From the IMG/VR virus record IMGVR_UViG_3300037127_000056, positions 32,001-96,000 of that record: a DNA stretch of 64,000 nucleotides. The stretch is one strand, 5' to 3'. A program made the translations under genes and the position numbers. The DNA is from a virus. Taxonomy: Duplodnaviria; Caudoviricetes. The notes under the pieces were generated by a model. The model was given only the letters and a program-made list of their open reading frames with translations, made no database searches and was not told the DNA's origin. Below, piece after piece: positions 19,850-29,911 of this stretch; position 1 is the stretch's first letter, and each line of letters opens with the position of its first letter.

Positions 19850-20193
19850 TGCGAATCGCGACGCGATGGGCCATTGTTGAGACGGTGGCGGTGCGGTTTT
19901 TCACCGCCATACGTGCGCGTGATATCTGGCTGTATTCTCAAGCCATCGCCGAAATCACCGCCATTGTAACCAACCATACGTTTACGAGCGTAGCAAGTTG
20001 CTCAGAAATTTGCCATAATTTCATCGGAATTCAAAAATTCCCCACAATATCAAGCACCCTCAAAACAATCTCACGTGGGTACCCACGCGGCGAAGACTAT
20101 GCACTCATCATCGAGCGGTTCGGCCTCTACGACATGTCTCGCGATGAGATCATCGATTTCGTTCGGAATGAGTTGGTGAGTGATGCGGATTGA
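19849..20193 (+). CDS. Tandem paralog 1 (MRIxTR...FGLYxM family)
   Basis: MRIATRWAI...IIERFGLYDMSRDEIIDF. Confidence 0.65.
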   Translation: MRIATRWAIVETVAVRFFTAIRARDIWLYSQAIAEITAIVTNHTFTSVASCSEICHNFIGIQKFPTISSTLKTISRGYPRGEDYALIIERFGLYDMSRDEIIDFVRNELVSDAD

Positions 20194-20521
20194 GACACGT
20201 CGGGCGGTAACCAGAGAAGCGGCCCGCAGGTTTGTGATCTTGAGTGGTGGTGTGAACCAAGAGCTAATCGCCATTCTCCGATACCATGGCCCGTCCGGTT
20301 GCAGATACTTCAGTAACACCTATCCCAACCTCGGGCACGCCCTATTGGGTGTCAATGACCGTGAAATGATCGATAGGGGTGTCCGCATGGCCCGACAGTT
20401 GGGGCATGTCTTTACCAACCACGTGGTTCTTATCGTGGAGCACTTTGGTCTCTACCATATGGATTGGCAAGAGGTCGAAGACTTTGCCCATTCACTGCCA
20501 GAGAATTGGCATGAAACTTGA
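20183..20521 (+). CDS. Tandem paralog 2
   Basis: MRIETRRAV...IVEHFGLYHMDWQEVEDF. Confidence 0.65.
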   Translation: MRIETRRAVTREAARRFVILSGGVNQELIAILRYHGPSGCRYFSNTYPNLGHALLGVNDREMIDRGVRMARQLGHVFTNHVVLIVEHFGLYHMDWQEVEDFAHSLPENWHET

Positions 20522-20975
20522 AACCCGCCACGCCATCGCCCGCGAGGTTGCCCGCCGGTGCATCGAGTTCATCGGCTCGCGGGACCTGAGCACCTACCCG
20601 GCCTGGCGGTATGTCTCAGATGTCAACAACTTCGTGGCGTTGATGAGTCATCATAGATCACTTCGAGACACATGGTCATCTAACGTCAAGACCGTGATGT
20701 TGCTCGCCGGAGTGATTTCGAAGCTGCCAACTTCTTTCGCCGAAGCCGACAACCTCGCGGATCACTATGGGCGATTACTTCTTGGGCGACAATCAACGCC
20801 CGTCTGGGACCCCCGCCCCACATGGCGCACCCGCATCGCCGAGTACTTCGGGCTCCATCACATGACCGCCGATGAAGTCACGACATGGGCCATGAAGTAT
20901 GCATTCGAAGAACACTTCTCTAAGCCTAGACGCCCGCTAAGCAATCCCCGGTACCCAACCACCGGGCGACCATAA
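20511..20975 (+). CDS. Tandem paralog 3
   Basis: MKLETRHAI...IAEYFGLHHMTADEVTTW. Confidence 0.65.
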   Translation: MKLETRHAIAREVARRCIEFIGSRDLSTYPAWRYVSDVNNFVALMSHHRSLRDTWSSNVKTVMLLAGVISKLPTSFAEADNLADHYGRLLLGRQSTPVWDPRPTWRTRIAEYFGLHHMTADEVTTWAMKYAFEEHFSKPRRPLSNPRYPTTGRP

Positions 20976-21015
20976 AACGGCGCACACGGGCCGGCTCAGA
21001 ACGTCTCACGTGACA

Positions 21016-21510
21016 TCAACGACTTGCACCGATGTCGCGCGACCGGAAGTGCAGGAAGAAGAGGTTGCGGCGGGGGCGTCGGCCGAGTCCCCATCCCCGG
21101 GGGCGCAACTCATGGAGGTACAAGCCGGGTGACGACGACACGACAAGCATGGTCTCGCCCCCAAGGGTCTCCACGCGGGCGAGACGGTCTTGTTTTCCGA
21201 GAAGGGGTTGACCATCTGGGGCGATCAACCCCGCGGCCTTGAGCTGGCGTTCGTGCGTCGTGAGGTCCATGAACGAGACCGGGGAGTCGCCGTTGCTCAC
21301 TTGGCGGAGCCGCTCGAAGTCTTCATCGAGCATCTGGACCTTGACCTTGATCTCGGTGCTCTCGACGCGTTGGACGGTGCCGGTGCTGTCGAACAGGTCG
21401 TAGGGGAGTACCGACGGCTCCCGCAGCTCATCGTCATAGGGGATGGCGGACGTCTCGATGCGTGCGATAACGGCGTTGAACTTGAAGATCAGACGGTTCC
21501 CAGGAGGCAT
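21016..21510 (-). CDS. Putative head-closure / head-tail joining protein
   Basis: RLIFKFNAVIARI...YDDELREP...beta-rich, ~165 aa; TACAAT-N6-ATG; function inferred. Confidence 0.45.
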   Translation of the reverse strand: MPPGNRLIFKFNAVIARIETSAIPYDDELREPSVLPYDLFDSTGTVQRVESTEIKVKVQMLDEDFERLRQVSNGDSPVSFMDLTTHERQLKAAGLIAPDGQPLLGKQDRLARVETLGGETMLVVSSSPGLYLHELRPRGWGLGRRPRRNLFFLHFRSRDIGASR

Positions 21511-21551
21511 GCCAAGATTGTACGTTTTCCCGTGTGATCCTCGTGGGTTAG

Positions 21552-21852
21552 CCGAAAGGGATCCACATAACAGTCCTTCTTCTTTCGTGTCTCTTCCCGT
21601 CCAGCCGCTGCGCTCCGACCCGAGGGCCATCGTTGTGGCCTCGGTGACATGGGTTCCCGTCTCATGTGACGCGTCTCGCGAGCCATGTCTTGTGAGCCCC
21701 TGTTCTCACCTCTATCCCTCATGCATCTACGCCATCACATCGAACGGCGCCACGCGCCGGAGACTGGACCGATCAAGGGTGAGGACAAGAGCTGAAATGA
21801 CGAAGGGAGAAAAAAGAAGAAGAAGAAGGACTGTTATGTGGATCCCTTTCGG
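21552..21852. repeat. Inverted-repeat-bounded non-coding element, copy 1
   Basis: 33-bp perfect IR CCGAAAGGGATCCACATAACAGTCCTTCTTCTT; core GCCATCACATCGAACGGCGCCACGCGCCGGAGACTGGACCGATCAAG. Confidence 0.95.
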
Positions 21853-21921
21853 GATGAGCCTTGCCCCATAAGGGTTTCCTGGGATTTGACACGCTCCCCG
21901 AAACCATGGCACGATGCGCCC

Positions 21922-22497
21922 ATGCATGAGCCAGTTCCCATCCGTTACGTCGCGCTGTTAGATCCCAAGATCGATCGTGTGAGGCCAACATTCGCCGCCG
22001 CCATTCTTGCCAATGATGCAGGTCATGGCGTCATCGTTCCGTCGGCTTCAAAGACCCGAGGGCAGCTCGATGCATTCTTCGAACGATGGGGACTCCCGAT
22101 TGGATGTACCTACAAGTGGGCCGCCATCGACCCGGGATGGGATACCCCGGTATGGATTGACGCGCCGGGAGTGTTTTCATCCATGGCGCTGGAGTTCATG
22201 AGTGTCCACCAGGCCCGGGTGTACGCGCCCCCCGCGAATTGGTTCACCGTGCTACGTATGCTAGAACCGGCATGCGTCAATCGCGCGTCCAAGAATGAGC
22301 GGTACAACGGTCTGATCCAATTGAGGAAAATCATGTACCCCGTGGTCATCCCGATGTGGTTGAACCGACACGCCGCCCGCATCGGGATATCGACTCGGAC
22401 CCGTGATTGGCAGACCGTTGTCATCGATGCGCTCTACGAGAGCGGATATTCGGTGCCGGAACAATGGGTGGCATGGCTCAACGAGAGACAGAGGTAG
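21922..22497 (+). CDS. Hypothetical protein
   Basis: TTGACA-N18-CACGAT-N6-ATG adjacent to element copy 1. Confidence 0.55.
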   Translation: MHEPVPIRYVALLDPKIDRVRPTFAAAILANDAGHGVIVPSASKTRGQLDAFFERWGLPIGCTYKWAAIDPGWDTPVWIDAPGVFSSMALEFMSVHQARVYAPPANWFTVLRMLEPACVNRASKNERYNGLIQLRKIMYPVVIPMWLNRHAARIGISTRTRDWQTVVIDALYESGYSVPEQWVAWLNERQR

Positions 22498-23114
22498 ATC
22501 TCTGCAAGCGATTGATCGATGCCGCCGACGGGTGGACGGCTTACCCAGAGGTCGGACGATGGGACATCGTCCTGGAACGGGACGGTATCACCGTTGGGGT
22601 TCAAGCCAAGCTTCAGTGCTCGTGGCAACTCTTGGACCAGGTCACGCGTTCCCGCCGGCGGGAAATCCCCAACCATCGGACCATCTTGATCCCGAAGTTC
22701 AACAAGCGGTTCATGCGATTCGCGCGCCGACTCGGTGTCGGAACATACACCGCGAGTGGGCTGGCAACGATGGCCGGGTTCAAGCCGCGGGGCCCATATC
22801 AAGAATCGGACATATGGCTGCCCGATGTTCCATCCCCAACGCCGGCGGGATCGCCGTCGCCGTCATCGTTGACACCGTGGCGACAAGCGGCGATCCGTCT
22901 ATGCATCCTTCTCGACCGGCAAGGCTTCCTCAGCGGCGCTGACTTCGCCTCTCATGGCGTCAATCCTCAGCGGTGGGTTACCCGGGGGTGGCTTGTGAAA
23001 GACGGGTGGTGGGCGGCTGAGGGGCGGAGGTGGCGACGCTACACCCGCGGACCGGCGGAGACGATGCCGGACACCGGATGGGACGTGATCCGGGACCAAC
23101 TCACGCCGGCTTGA
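22473..23114 (+). CDS. PD-(D/E)xK-like nuclease-fold phage protein
   Basis: ETEVDLC...AYPEVGRWDIVL...VGVQAKL. Confidence 0.55.
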   Translation: MAQRETEVDLCKRLIDAADGWTAYPEVGRWDIVLERDGITVGVQAKLQCSWQLLDQVTRSRRREIPNHRTILIPKFNKRFMRFARRLGVGTYTASGLATMAGFKPRGPYQESDIWLPDVPSPTPAGSPSPSSLTPWRQAAIRLCILLDRQGFLSGADFASHGVNPQRWVTRGWLVKDGWWAAEGRRWRRYTRGPAETMPDTGWDVIRDQLTPA

Positions 23115-24492
23115 ACCGGACGCCATCCCACACGATGACGTCTCCGGCTGTCGCGTCAATTCCATTGATGAACGCGGGCGGAATGATCATCGGATCGTCG
23201 TTGCACTGAGCCCATTCGACCACGAGGCCGCCGGGGTATCCAAACACCTTTGGCAGTGTGAGCCGAACTCTGGCCTGTTCCCCGGGTTCTGTCTCGATGT
23301 TGGGTGACCATTCCTGCCAGCGGGAATTGAGTGCGTACAACCGTTCCACACTGGTACGGTAGATGTGTTCGGCGGCAACGTATTCCGCATCGAGCCCATC
23401 CGAATCTCTCGACGCATGGGTGCCGGGGAGTAGGGCACGGCTCAGAGAATAGGTCATCGTAGCTTCGAACGTGTACAGCTGCGCGAGGTCATCCCGTACC
23501 TGTGGGTCCTGTAGTGGGGCAGGATCATTGATGAATGTTTCTTGAACCATGTAGTGATCCAAATGGAGATGCTCCAACAGTTGGGGCCATGCCCCGATGT
23601 TCTTGACCCACTTGGCGTGCTCCCAGTCATTCACGTCGCAGGGCGGGGCGACAACACGCTCGGCGATGCGATCAAGCCGGGCGTGTTCGTTGGTACGGAA
23701 AGTGCGGGGGAAGTCGGGGGACGATAGGAGATCCCAGGTGTCCCGACGCACCCACGTGGCACTCAGGCGGGCCAAGACACCGAGCGCGAACTGTTGGTCT
23801 TCTGGAAAACCGAGATAGAATCCGGTGAGGTCTTTCCACCGTCGGCCGAAGTTTGCGACCCGGATGTGTGTGTGTACTTCATACCCATCACCACTTTGTC
23901 TCAAGACAAGTATGGCCCCCGCATCTGGGGTGGCATCACGGGTGAACCACTCTGAGAAGAATCTGTCGATTCCGGGATCTTCGTCACTGCCGGTGTAGGC
24001 GATGATGCGAAGGTCTTTCGATGATGGGTGTTGCCATACCGGTTTCCCGAGATATTGGCCAGCGGAAACAAACCCCAGGTCTGGGAGCCGGTCGAGTGTC
24101 GATGCCCGCGCCTCCCATGGTGGGGTCATGATGCTGCGCATGGCGTCGGAAAGTAGATAATCGGGGTAATCACCCAAGCCGTTGCTAGCGACCTTCACAA
24201 GCGATGCGACACCACTGAGGCCCAATTTTTTGGCGTATACCAACGCGGCGCCGGCTTCGTGGAATTCTTCCATGCCGTTGCAGCCGTTCCTACCAAAGCA
24301 TGGAACCACGGCGCGGTAGGGGACTGCGCTAGTCCATTCACCCGATGGCAACATGTCGCCAGGAGAGATCTTGACGGAACCCAGAGGATGCACCCGGTCA
24401 TCCATGGTAATTGGTCGAAGGATGATACAGACAGAGTCGTCCCCGGGGCGGATCGCCCCAAAGAGACAGTCATATTTGTTGAAAGTACCCAT
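23101..24492 (-). CDS. Hypothetical protein
   Basis: Long ORF (~463 aa) with no recognised motif. Confidence 0.6.
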   Translation of the reverse strand: MGTFNKYDCLFGAIRPGDDSVCIILRPITMDDRVHPLGSVKISPGDMLPSGEWTSAVPYRAVVPCFGRNGCNGMEEFHEAGAALVYAKKLGLSGVASLVKVASNGLGDYPDYLLSDAMRSIMTPPWEARASTLDRLPDLGFVSAGQYLGKPVWQHPSSKDLRIIAYTGSDEDPGIDRFFSEWFTRDATPDAGAILVLRQSGDGYEVHTHIRVANFGRRWKDLTGFYLGFPEDQQFALGVLARLSATWVRRDTWDLLSSPDFPRTFRTNEHARLDRIAERVVAPPCDVNDWEHAKWVKNIGAWPQLLEHLHLDHYMVQETFINDPAPLQDPQVRDDLAQLYTFEATMTYSLSRALLPGTHASRDSDGLDAEYVAAEHIYRTSVERLYALNSRWQEWSPNIETEPGEQARVRLTLPKVFGYPGGLVVEWAQCNDDPMIIPPAFINGIDATAGDVIVWDGVRFKPA

Positions 24493-24598
24493 AGCAGCTG
24501 TGTAGCACGATTTTCGCGGACTCGTCAACGGGTGACGCGCGCAAAAATGTATGGCCCAAGCGTTGACATCCGGGGCGGCGTGTGTCAACGTTGTGAGC

Positions 24599-24919
24599 AT
24601 GAGCCACGAAACCGAGAACAGTCCATTCCCAATCGACATGTCTGATCCCATCGTGGGATGGTGTGTCGAACAGATTCAACACGCAGACCCCGATGCTATG
24701 AACCTCCCTCATGGACGGATAGCTGCCTTATTCATCCGCGCTATCCTTGGGGAAACCGATGATGCCCGCGCGCGCACAATCAACGCAATCACAGCTGGTG
24801 GCCTTTTCGAGACGTTCCGACGCAATCTTCGTGCCATTCTGACTAATCCAACGGTTCTTGACGATTCGGAAGATCTGATCGAGTACCTCCAGGATCAGGA
24901 AGACGCCGACTCGCTATGA
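24599..24919 (+). CDS. Small helical protein, tandem family member
   Basis: FPIDMSDPIVGWCVEQI. Confidence 0.55.
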   Translation: MSHETENSPFPIDMSDPIVGWCVEQIQHADPDAMNLPHGRIAALFIRAILGETDDARARTINAITAGGLFETFRRNLRAILTNPTVLDDSEDLIEYLQDQEDADSL

Positions 24920-25332
24920 GTAATATGCATCTCTATGCAGTCAAAAATCTAGCTCTGGTTCAATTCGAGCTTCCCATCGACATCGACATCGACACCACGG
25001 GTCTGTCTGTCAAGAAGACGATATCGACTAAGCCGTCACACGAGGTTCCGAAGCAGAGTCTCATGACCATGTTAATGATGGCGCTTATGGGGGATTCATC
25101 CGATGCCGCTGTCTACAGGTGGATCCGCGCATTGGCGCCGCACCGAAGCTACGTCATTGAGTCCATCACGGAATACTTGCGCCTCGCGACACTAGCGGAC
25201 TCGCTTGGCCAGAACCAAGACCACAGCGAATGTGTTGTCGCACTGGTAGACAGATACGCCGAGACCGGGCACCCAATTTCGGCCATCATTGACGAGTTTT
25301 GGCACATCGATGATTTGTCACTTGACAAATGA
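24916..25332 (+). CDS. Small helical protein, possible tandem family member
   Basis: FELPIDIDIDTTGLSVKKTI; 4-nt overlap with the previous gene. Confidence 0.5.
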   Translation: MSNMHLYAVKNLALVQFELPIDIDIDTTGLSVKKTISTKPSHEVPKQSLMTMLMMALMGDSSDAAVYRWIRALAPHRSYVIESITEYLRLATLADSLGQNQDHSECVVALVDRYAETGHPISAIIDEFWHIDDLSLDK

Positions 25333-25396
25333 TGCCCGCGTGTGACACGATCCATATAACCCGGCGCAGTGATGCGCCCAAATCAAAGGAACGACA

Positions 25397-25741
25397 ATGA
25401 GTGACACAACGCCATTTCCAATGCCAAGCACCCCGACCGGACTGTGGGTCCAGCAAATCTTCCGCGATCGTGCTTCCCCCACCCTTGAAGCCCCTCATGA
25501 CCGAATCGCGGTGAAGTATATTTATGAGCTGCTCGGCGCCACCGAGGAGGAATGTACGGTGACGGCGGACACCATCATCGAAGAAGGACTGCGCGAGACG
25601 TTCGTCGATGCCGTGGAGTACGTTATTCGGAACGTCTTGCAGCTGAACTTGAAGCCAGAGGAATTCGTCGATCATCTGCGCCGGTACGCAAGCGACGGGA
25701 TTCCGAACGACCTCGACGAATCAGCTGATCGGGAGGATTGA
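25397..25741 (+). CDS. Small helical protein, tandem family member
   Basis: FPMPSTPTGLWVQQI...PHDRIA...LLG...TIIEEGLRETF; AAGGA RBS. Confidence 0.55.
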   Translation: MSDTTPFPMPSTPTGLWVQQIFRDRASPTLEAPHDRIAVKYIYELLGATEEECTVTADTIIEEGLRETFVDAVEYVIRNVLQLNLKPEEFVDHLRRYASDGIPNDLDESADRED

Positions 25742-26278
25742 CGTCAACACGTCGCGCCCATTGATCGTCACCACGGGGGCGTCGATGGTGATGCTGCCAC
25801 CCGCGGTGATCGATAGGTCTGCGGTGGCGCCGATGTCCACCTTCAACCCGTCGCGTGTGAGACGGAAGCCGCCACCGGTTTCACGATCGATCAATGCGGC
25901 GGTCTCGTTTTTGTCATCAAGTATGATGGCGTATCGCTTCCTGGCAATCACCCAGATCCGGGGTGACCCGCCTTCGGTTTCTGCAGGTACCGATGTCGTC
26001 GGCCACGAACCGCCGTAGTAGTAACCCTCATCGGGATTCCCGAGGAAGAATCTCACTACGACATCGGATCCCTTTTCGGGGACCATCCAAGCTCCGATAC
26101 CTGGCCCGGCACCCATCGCCGCTGGGTACAGCCATCCTGTCGCCGGCTGATCGACGATGCCATCAATCGTGGCACGGATACGACCAAGGCCGCGGGGATC
26201 TTCATTGTCGAACACGACGGCGGCGTAGTCACCGTTCAGATCGAGGCGGTCGCCTTGGTCATCGAATGTTGGTTCCAT
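25721..26278 (-). CDS. Baseplate central spike (gpV/gp5 OB-fold)
   Basis: DNEDPRGLGRIRA...GW...GAWMVPEKGSDVVVRFFLGNPDEGYYYGG; C-terminal ITIDAPVVTING. Confidence 0.88.
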   Translation of the reverse strand: MEPTFDDQGDRLDLNGDYAAVVFDNEDPRGLGRIRATIDGIVDQPATGWLYPAAMGAGPGIGAWMVPEKGSDVVVRFFLGNPDEGYYYGGSWPTTSVPAETEGGSPRIWVIARKRYAIILDDKNETAALIDRETGGGFRLTRDGLKVDIGATADLSITAGGSITIDAPVVTINGRDVLTSILPIS

Positions 26279-26319
26279 ACATGAGATGATAGCAAATACC
26301 GTGCCGTAAACTCGTCATC

Positions 26320-26682
26320 ATGATCCGACTGACGAATGTACGGCGCCCTCCGGCACCGATCGAAATGGCGGGGCCGGCGACCACCGTCGTAAAGCGTCTC
26401 AGGTCGCAGGCTACCAAAACACAGTCCCGACAGAGGGCACTCTCTGGCCGTTCCGCAAAGCGGGGTGTCCGTCGAGAGCAAGTCCACGTCCCGGTGGGGA
26501 TCCGACTGAATCCCGGCGTGCCGGTCGAGGTACCCGACGAATGGCAGCACACCGCGGACTTCAAGCGGCTCGTGGTTCGCCTCCGTTGGGTGCGCGCAGA
26601 GTTCATCCCAGACGCGGATGATTCGGCTCCAAAGGCATCCCCGGTGAAGAAGTCTCGGAAGCGGAATAAGGGGGGCAACTGA
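26320..26682 (+). CDS. Small basic protein preceding the sheath
   Basis: Stop overlaps the sheath start; TAAACT-N7-ATG. Confidence 0.55.
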   Translation: MIRLTNVRRPPAPIEMAGPATTVVKRLRSQATKTQSRQRALSGRSAKRGVRREQVHVPVGIRLNPGVPVEVPDEWQHTADFKRLVVRLRWVRAEFIPDADDSAPKASPVKKSRKRNKGGN

Positions 26683-28886
26683 TGTCGAACCAATATCTTT
26701 CGCCTGGTGTCTACGCCAGGGAAGCTCAGCCGACACGGCGAGCATTCGATCCCGTCCAGACTTCGGTGGCCGGATTCGTCGGTGTCACGGAGCGCGGGCC
26801 TTTCACGCCCACCGAGGTCGTCGGTTTCGATGAGTTCGAGCGCATCTTCGGTGGGTTCATCACCGACAGCGAACTCCCACAATCGGTCCTGGCGTTCTTC
26901 CTCGGGGGCGGACAACGCGCCATCATCACTCGGGTGGTTCACTACACCGATGTTCTTGACCCGGCGACCAAGACGTCCGCAGCCGCTACCTTGAATCTGC
27001 TCACGGCAAGCGGTGCTCCCACGGCCGCCGTGATTGACGGAACCAATCCCGGACCATTCGACTTTGAACCCGGTGATCAGGTTGCGATTGATGTCGATGG
27101 TGGCGGTGCCGTTCTCGCAACGTTCGATGCCGCGCCCGGTGCCCAGACGTCGGTCAACTCCGAGGACTACGTCCTCGCCGATCTTCAGACCCTTGACGTA
27201 AGCGTTGACGGCGGTCTGGCGCAGACCATCACGTTCCTCACCGCGGAGTTCGCCAACATCGCGCTCGCGAAATCGGCCGAGGTCGCGGCGGTCATCAATG
27301 CCAAGATCTCGGGGGCGTTCGCCAGCGGTGCCGGTGGCGTCGTGACCATCACGTCGGATACTCGGGGCACGGCGTCAAGCGTCGAGATTACCGGTGGTAC
27401 CGCGGCGGCGGCGTTCGCATTCCCGGCGGGTGCTGCTGTTGGTACCGGTGACGTCGCGGATATCGATGCCGTGACGGGCGCTGAGGTCAAGACGGTCGTC
27501 GAAGCCGATGTTCCTGGTACCACTGTGACGGTCCTTGGTTCCGGGGCGGTGCGGCTGGAGAGCAACACCACGGGCCCGGCGTCCACGCTTCAGGTCGCCA
27601 GCTCCGCGATCCAGATCGCCTTGGGTTGGACCACCGCTACGGTAAGCGGGACGTCCGGTGCTGCGGCGCCAACGGTACAGATTGACGGCAAGACCGACGG
27701 TGAGTATGCCAACACCTTGCAGGTGCGCATCGAAGATGCCACCAACGGGGACGCCGAGTTCTTCAACCTCTCGGTGGAAGACAACGGGCTCGTTCTCGAA
27801 CGGTTCGCCAATCTCACCATGGACCCCCTGAATAGCGGGTTCGTTGAGGCGGCGCTTACCGCGAGCGACTACATCTCGGCGACTGACCTCGAACTGGCAG
27901 CGGCGGACACCCGCCCCGCCAACGGGTTGCTGGGACCACTCACCGGCGGTGATGATGGTCTCGTGGGTCTTGCCGATACCGACTTTCTCGGTGGTCGCAG
28001 CGCCAATGGTGCTACCGGTCTCCGGGTACTTGACCAGACTGTGACGTCCATCTTGTGTGTCCCTGGCCAGACGTCGGCGGTACTCCAGAATGGGATCGTC
28101 GAATACTGCGAGGTGATTCGAGGCGGCGCCATCTTCGGGATCTTGGATCCGCCGGCGGGTCTCAATGAGGATGAGGTCGTCACTCACTTCAAGGCGACCA
28201 ACGCCCTCACCGGGCTCAGCGAATTCGTGATCACCTACTGGCCGCGCCCGCTCATCATCAATCCCGATGAGGTGGTGTTTGGGAATGCCGCCAACATCGC
28301 GATCCCGGTGAGTGGTGCTGTTGCCGGGCGCTATGCCGCCACGGACAACCTGTTTCCCGGTGGCATCTACCAGTCCCCGGCGGGTGACAACGAGCGCGGG
28401 CAACTCCGGGGCGTCGTCGGCGTCGAGGAACCGCGGGTCCGCGAGCGGGCGGTTCAAGACAAGGTCTACCCCGAGCTGATCAACCCCATCACGATCAACG
28501 ACGACGGCGTCGTGTACATCAATGGGACGAAGACCTTGCGCGCCGATAGCAATTTCCCGCGGGTGGCTCAGCGTCGCGGGGCGATTTTCATCGAGCAAAC
28601 CATCATCAAGGGCTTGACCCCGTTCTTGCACTTCCCCAATGACCAAAGCCTCCGTATCGAGGTCACGCGGGTCGTGGAACAGTTCTTGCTTTCGCAGCTC
28701 AAGATCGATGCCTTCCGGAGCAAGGATCCATCCACCGCGTACATCGTCAACTTCGGGGAGGCACTCAACCCCCCGGACAAGATCGAGGCCGGCGAGTTGA
28801 ACGGCAAGATTGGCCTCGCGTTCGCCACACCCGCGGACTTCATCATCATCGAGTTCTCACGCTTGTCGGCGGACTCCACGATCTAA
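26682..28886 (+). CDS. Contractile tail sheath protein
   Basis: YLSPGVYARE, VAGFVGVTERGP, FFLGGG, YWPR, SGAVAGRYA, SPAG, INPI, PADFIIIEF. Confidence 0.95.
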   Translation: MSNQYLSPGVYAREAQPTRRAFDPVQTSVAGFVGVTERGPFTPTEVVGFDEFERIFGGFITDSELPQSVLAFFLGGGQRAIITRVVHYTDVLDPATKTSAAATLNLLTASGAPTAAVIDGTNPGPFDFEPGDQVAIDVDGGGAVLATFDAAPGAQTSVNSEDYVLADLQTLDVSVDGGLAQTITFLTAEFANIALAKSAEVAAVINAKISGAFASGAGGVVTITSDTRGTASSVEITGGTAAAAFAFPAGAAVGTGDVADIDAVTGAEVKTVVEADVPGTTVTVLGSGAVRLESNTTGPASTLQVASSAIQIALGWTTATVSGTSGAAAPTVQIDGKTDGEYANTLQVRIEDATNGDAEFFNLSVEDNGLVLERFANLTMDPLNSGFVEAALTASDYISATDLELAAADTRPANGLLGPLTGGDDGLVGLADTDFLGGRSANGATGLRVLDQTVTSILCVPGQTSAVLQNGIVEYCEVIRGGAIFGILDPPAGLNEDEVVTHFKATNALTGLSEFVITYWPRPLIINPDEVVFGNAANIAIPVSGAVAGRYAATDNLFPGGIYQSPAGDNERGQLRGVVGVEEPRVRERAVQDKVYPELINPITINDDGVVYINGTKTLRADSNFPRVAQRRGAIFIEQTIIKGLTPFLHFPNDQSLRIEVTRVVEQFLLSQLKIDAFRSKDPSTAYIVNFGEALNPPDKIEAGELNGKIGLAFATPADFIIIEFSRLSADSTI

Positions 28887-28934
28887 CCCCACGGTTTCCC
28901 GCCGGCGGGAAACGCCACGGGGAGAGGAGACAAC

Positions 28935-29441
28935 ATGCCCATCACTTCACCTGGAGCCGCGACGACCTTCCACGATTCTTTCCGATTCATCGTGCAGATC
29001 GAAGGCGTGACGCGTGCGAAATTCCGTAGCGTGTCGGAAATCACAATGACCCACGAGGACATCGATCACTGGGAGGGCGGGCGCGCCATCGCGTACAAGT
29101 CCCCGGGCCGCGTGACCGTTGACGACGTTACCTTGGAGCGGGGGGTCATCGACAACGACGACGACCTCTACTTCTGGTTCATCACCACGACCGATGTCAA
29201 CGTCGATTCCCCGCTCGGTGCTGGCATCGGTACCGGTCTTGGTCTCGATGACGAAGCCTACAAGCGGGACGTCGATATCGTGCAGCTCAAGCGGGACGGC
29301 ACGCCGCGGAAGCGGATTCGTTTGGTCAACGCCTATCCCAAAACGGTGACTCTGGGGTCGATGAACAACGAAGAGGACGCCAAGACCATCGAGTCGGTCG
29401 TCCTGCGCTACGACTACCCCCGCGTCATTCCGGTTCAGTAG
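28935..29441 (+). CDS. Tail tube protein (T4 gp19-like)
   Basis: FRFIVQIEG...WEGG...KSPGRVTVDDVTLERG...NAYPK...IESVVLRYD. Confidence 0.92.
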   Translation: MPITSPGAATTFHDSFRFIVQIEGVTRAKFRSVSEITMTHEDIDHWEGGRAIAYKSPGRVTVDDVTLERGVIDNDDDLYFWFITTTDVNVDSPLGAGIGTGLGLDDEAYKRDVDIVQLKRDGTPRKRIRLVNAYPKTVTLGSMNNEEDAKTIESVVLRYDYPRVIPVQ

Positions 29442-29802
29442 CGGCGGGCTGCTGCGCGACAAGCCGCGCGAGGGCCACGACGTCATCGATGGTCTGCCAT
29501 CCTTGAACTTGGTCGAAGTGTCCTTGATACGAAACCCACGGCGCCTTGGTCGCCGGATCCCAGAACTTGCCACCGGGTAGTGTTACCGCAGTTTCCACGG
29601 TCACATCACCGCCAGTGTTTCGACCGACACTACTGTAGCTACCCCAGTGATACTGGATCGACAAGTGCATCCCGTTTTCGAACTCGACGATCATTCCGGT
29701 CGGTGAGCCGCAGCCCAACGAATCGGTCGGTGAGATGACGGAAGTGATACCCGCTTCCGCGATGCGGGTAGAGATGATCGTGTAGAGGTATTTTTTGTTC
29801 AT
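29425..29802 (-). CDS. Hypothetical protein
   Basis: FENGMHLSIQYHWGSYS. Confidence 0.6.
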   Translation of the reverse strand: MNKKYLYTIISTRIAEAGITSVISPTDSLGCGSPTGMIVEFENGMHLSIQYHWGSYSSVGRNTGGDVTVETAVTLPGGKFWDPATKAPWVSYQGHFDQVQGWQTIDDVVALARLVAQQPAATEPE

Positions 29803-29911
29803 GGTGTAGCCACTCTACATGAGCCACTTGGCCATGTCAAGCCCGTCGAACACAAAAATCGAACATCGTCTGAGTTGATCTCACCGCGCCCGTTGTGGTA
29901 GGTTCGCCCCC

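Noticed and set aside
19849-20975. Diversity-generating retroelement behind the paralog arrays
   Set aside because: No reverse transcriptase and no near-identical TR/VR pair with adenine-specific differences was seen.
25721-29441. Sheath, tube and spike as an eCIS, T6SS or tailocin
   Set aside because: Portal, terminase, protease and major capsid genes are in the same window, indicating a complete phage.
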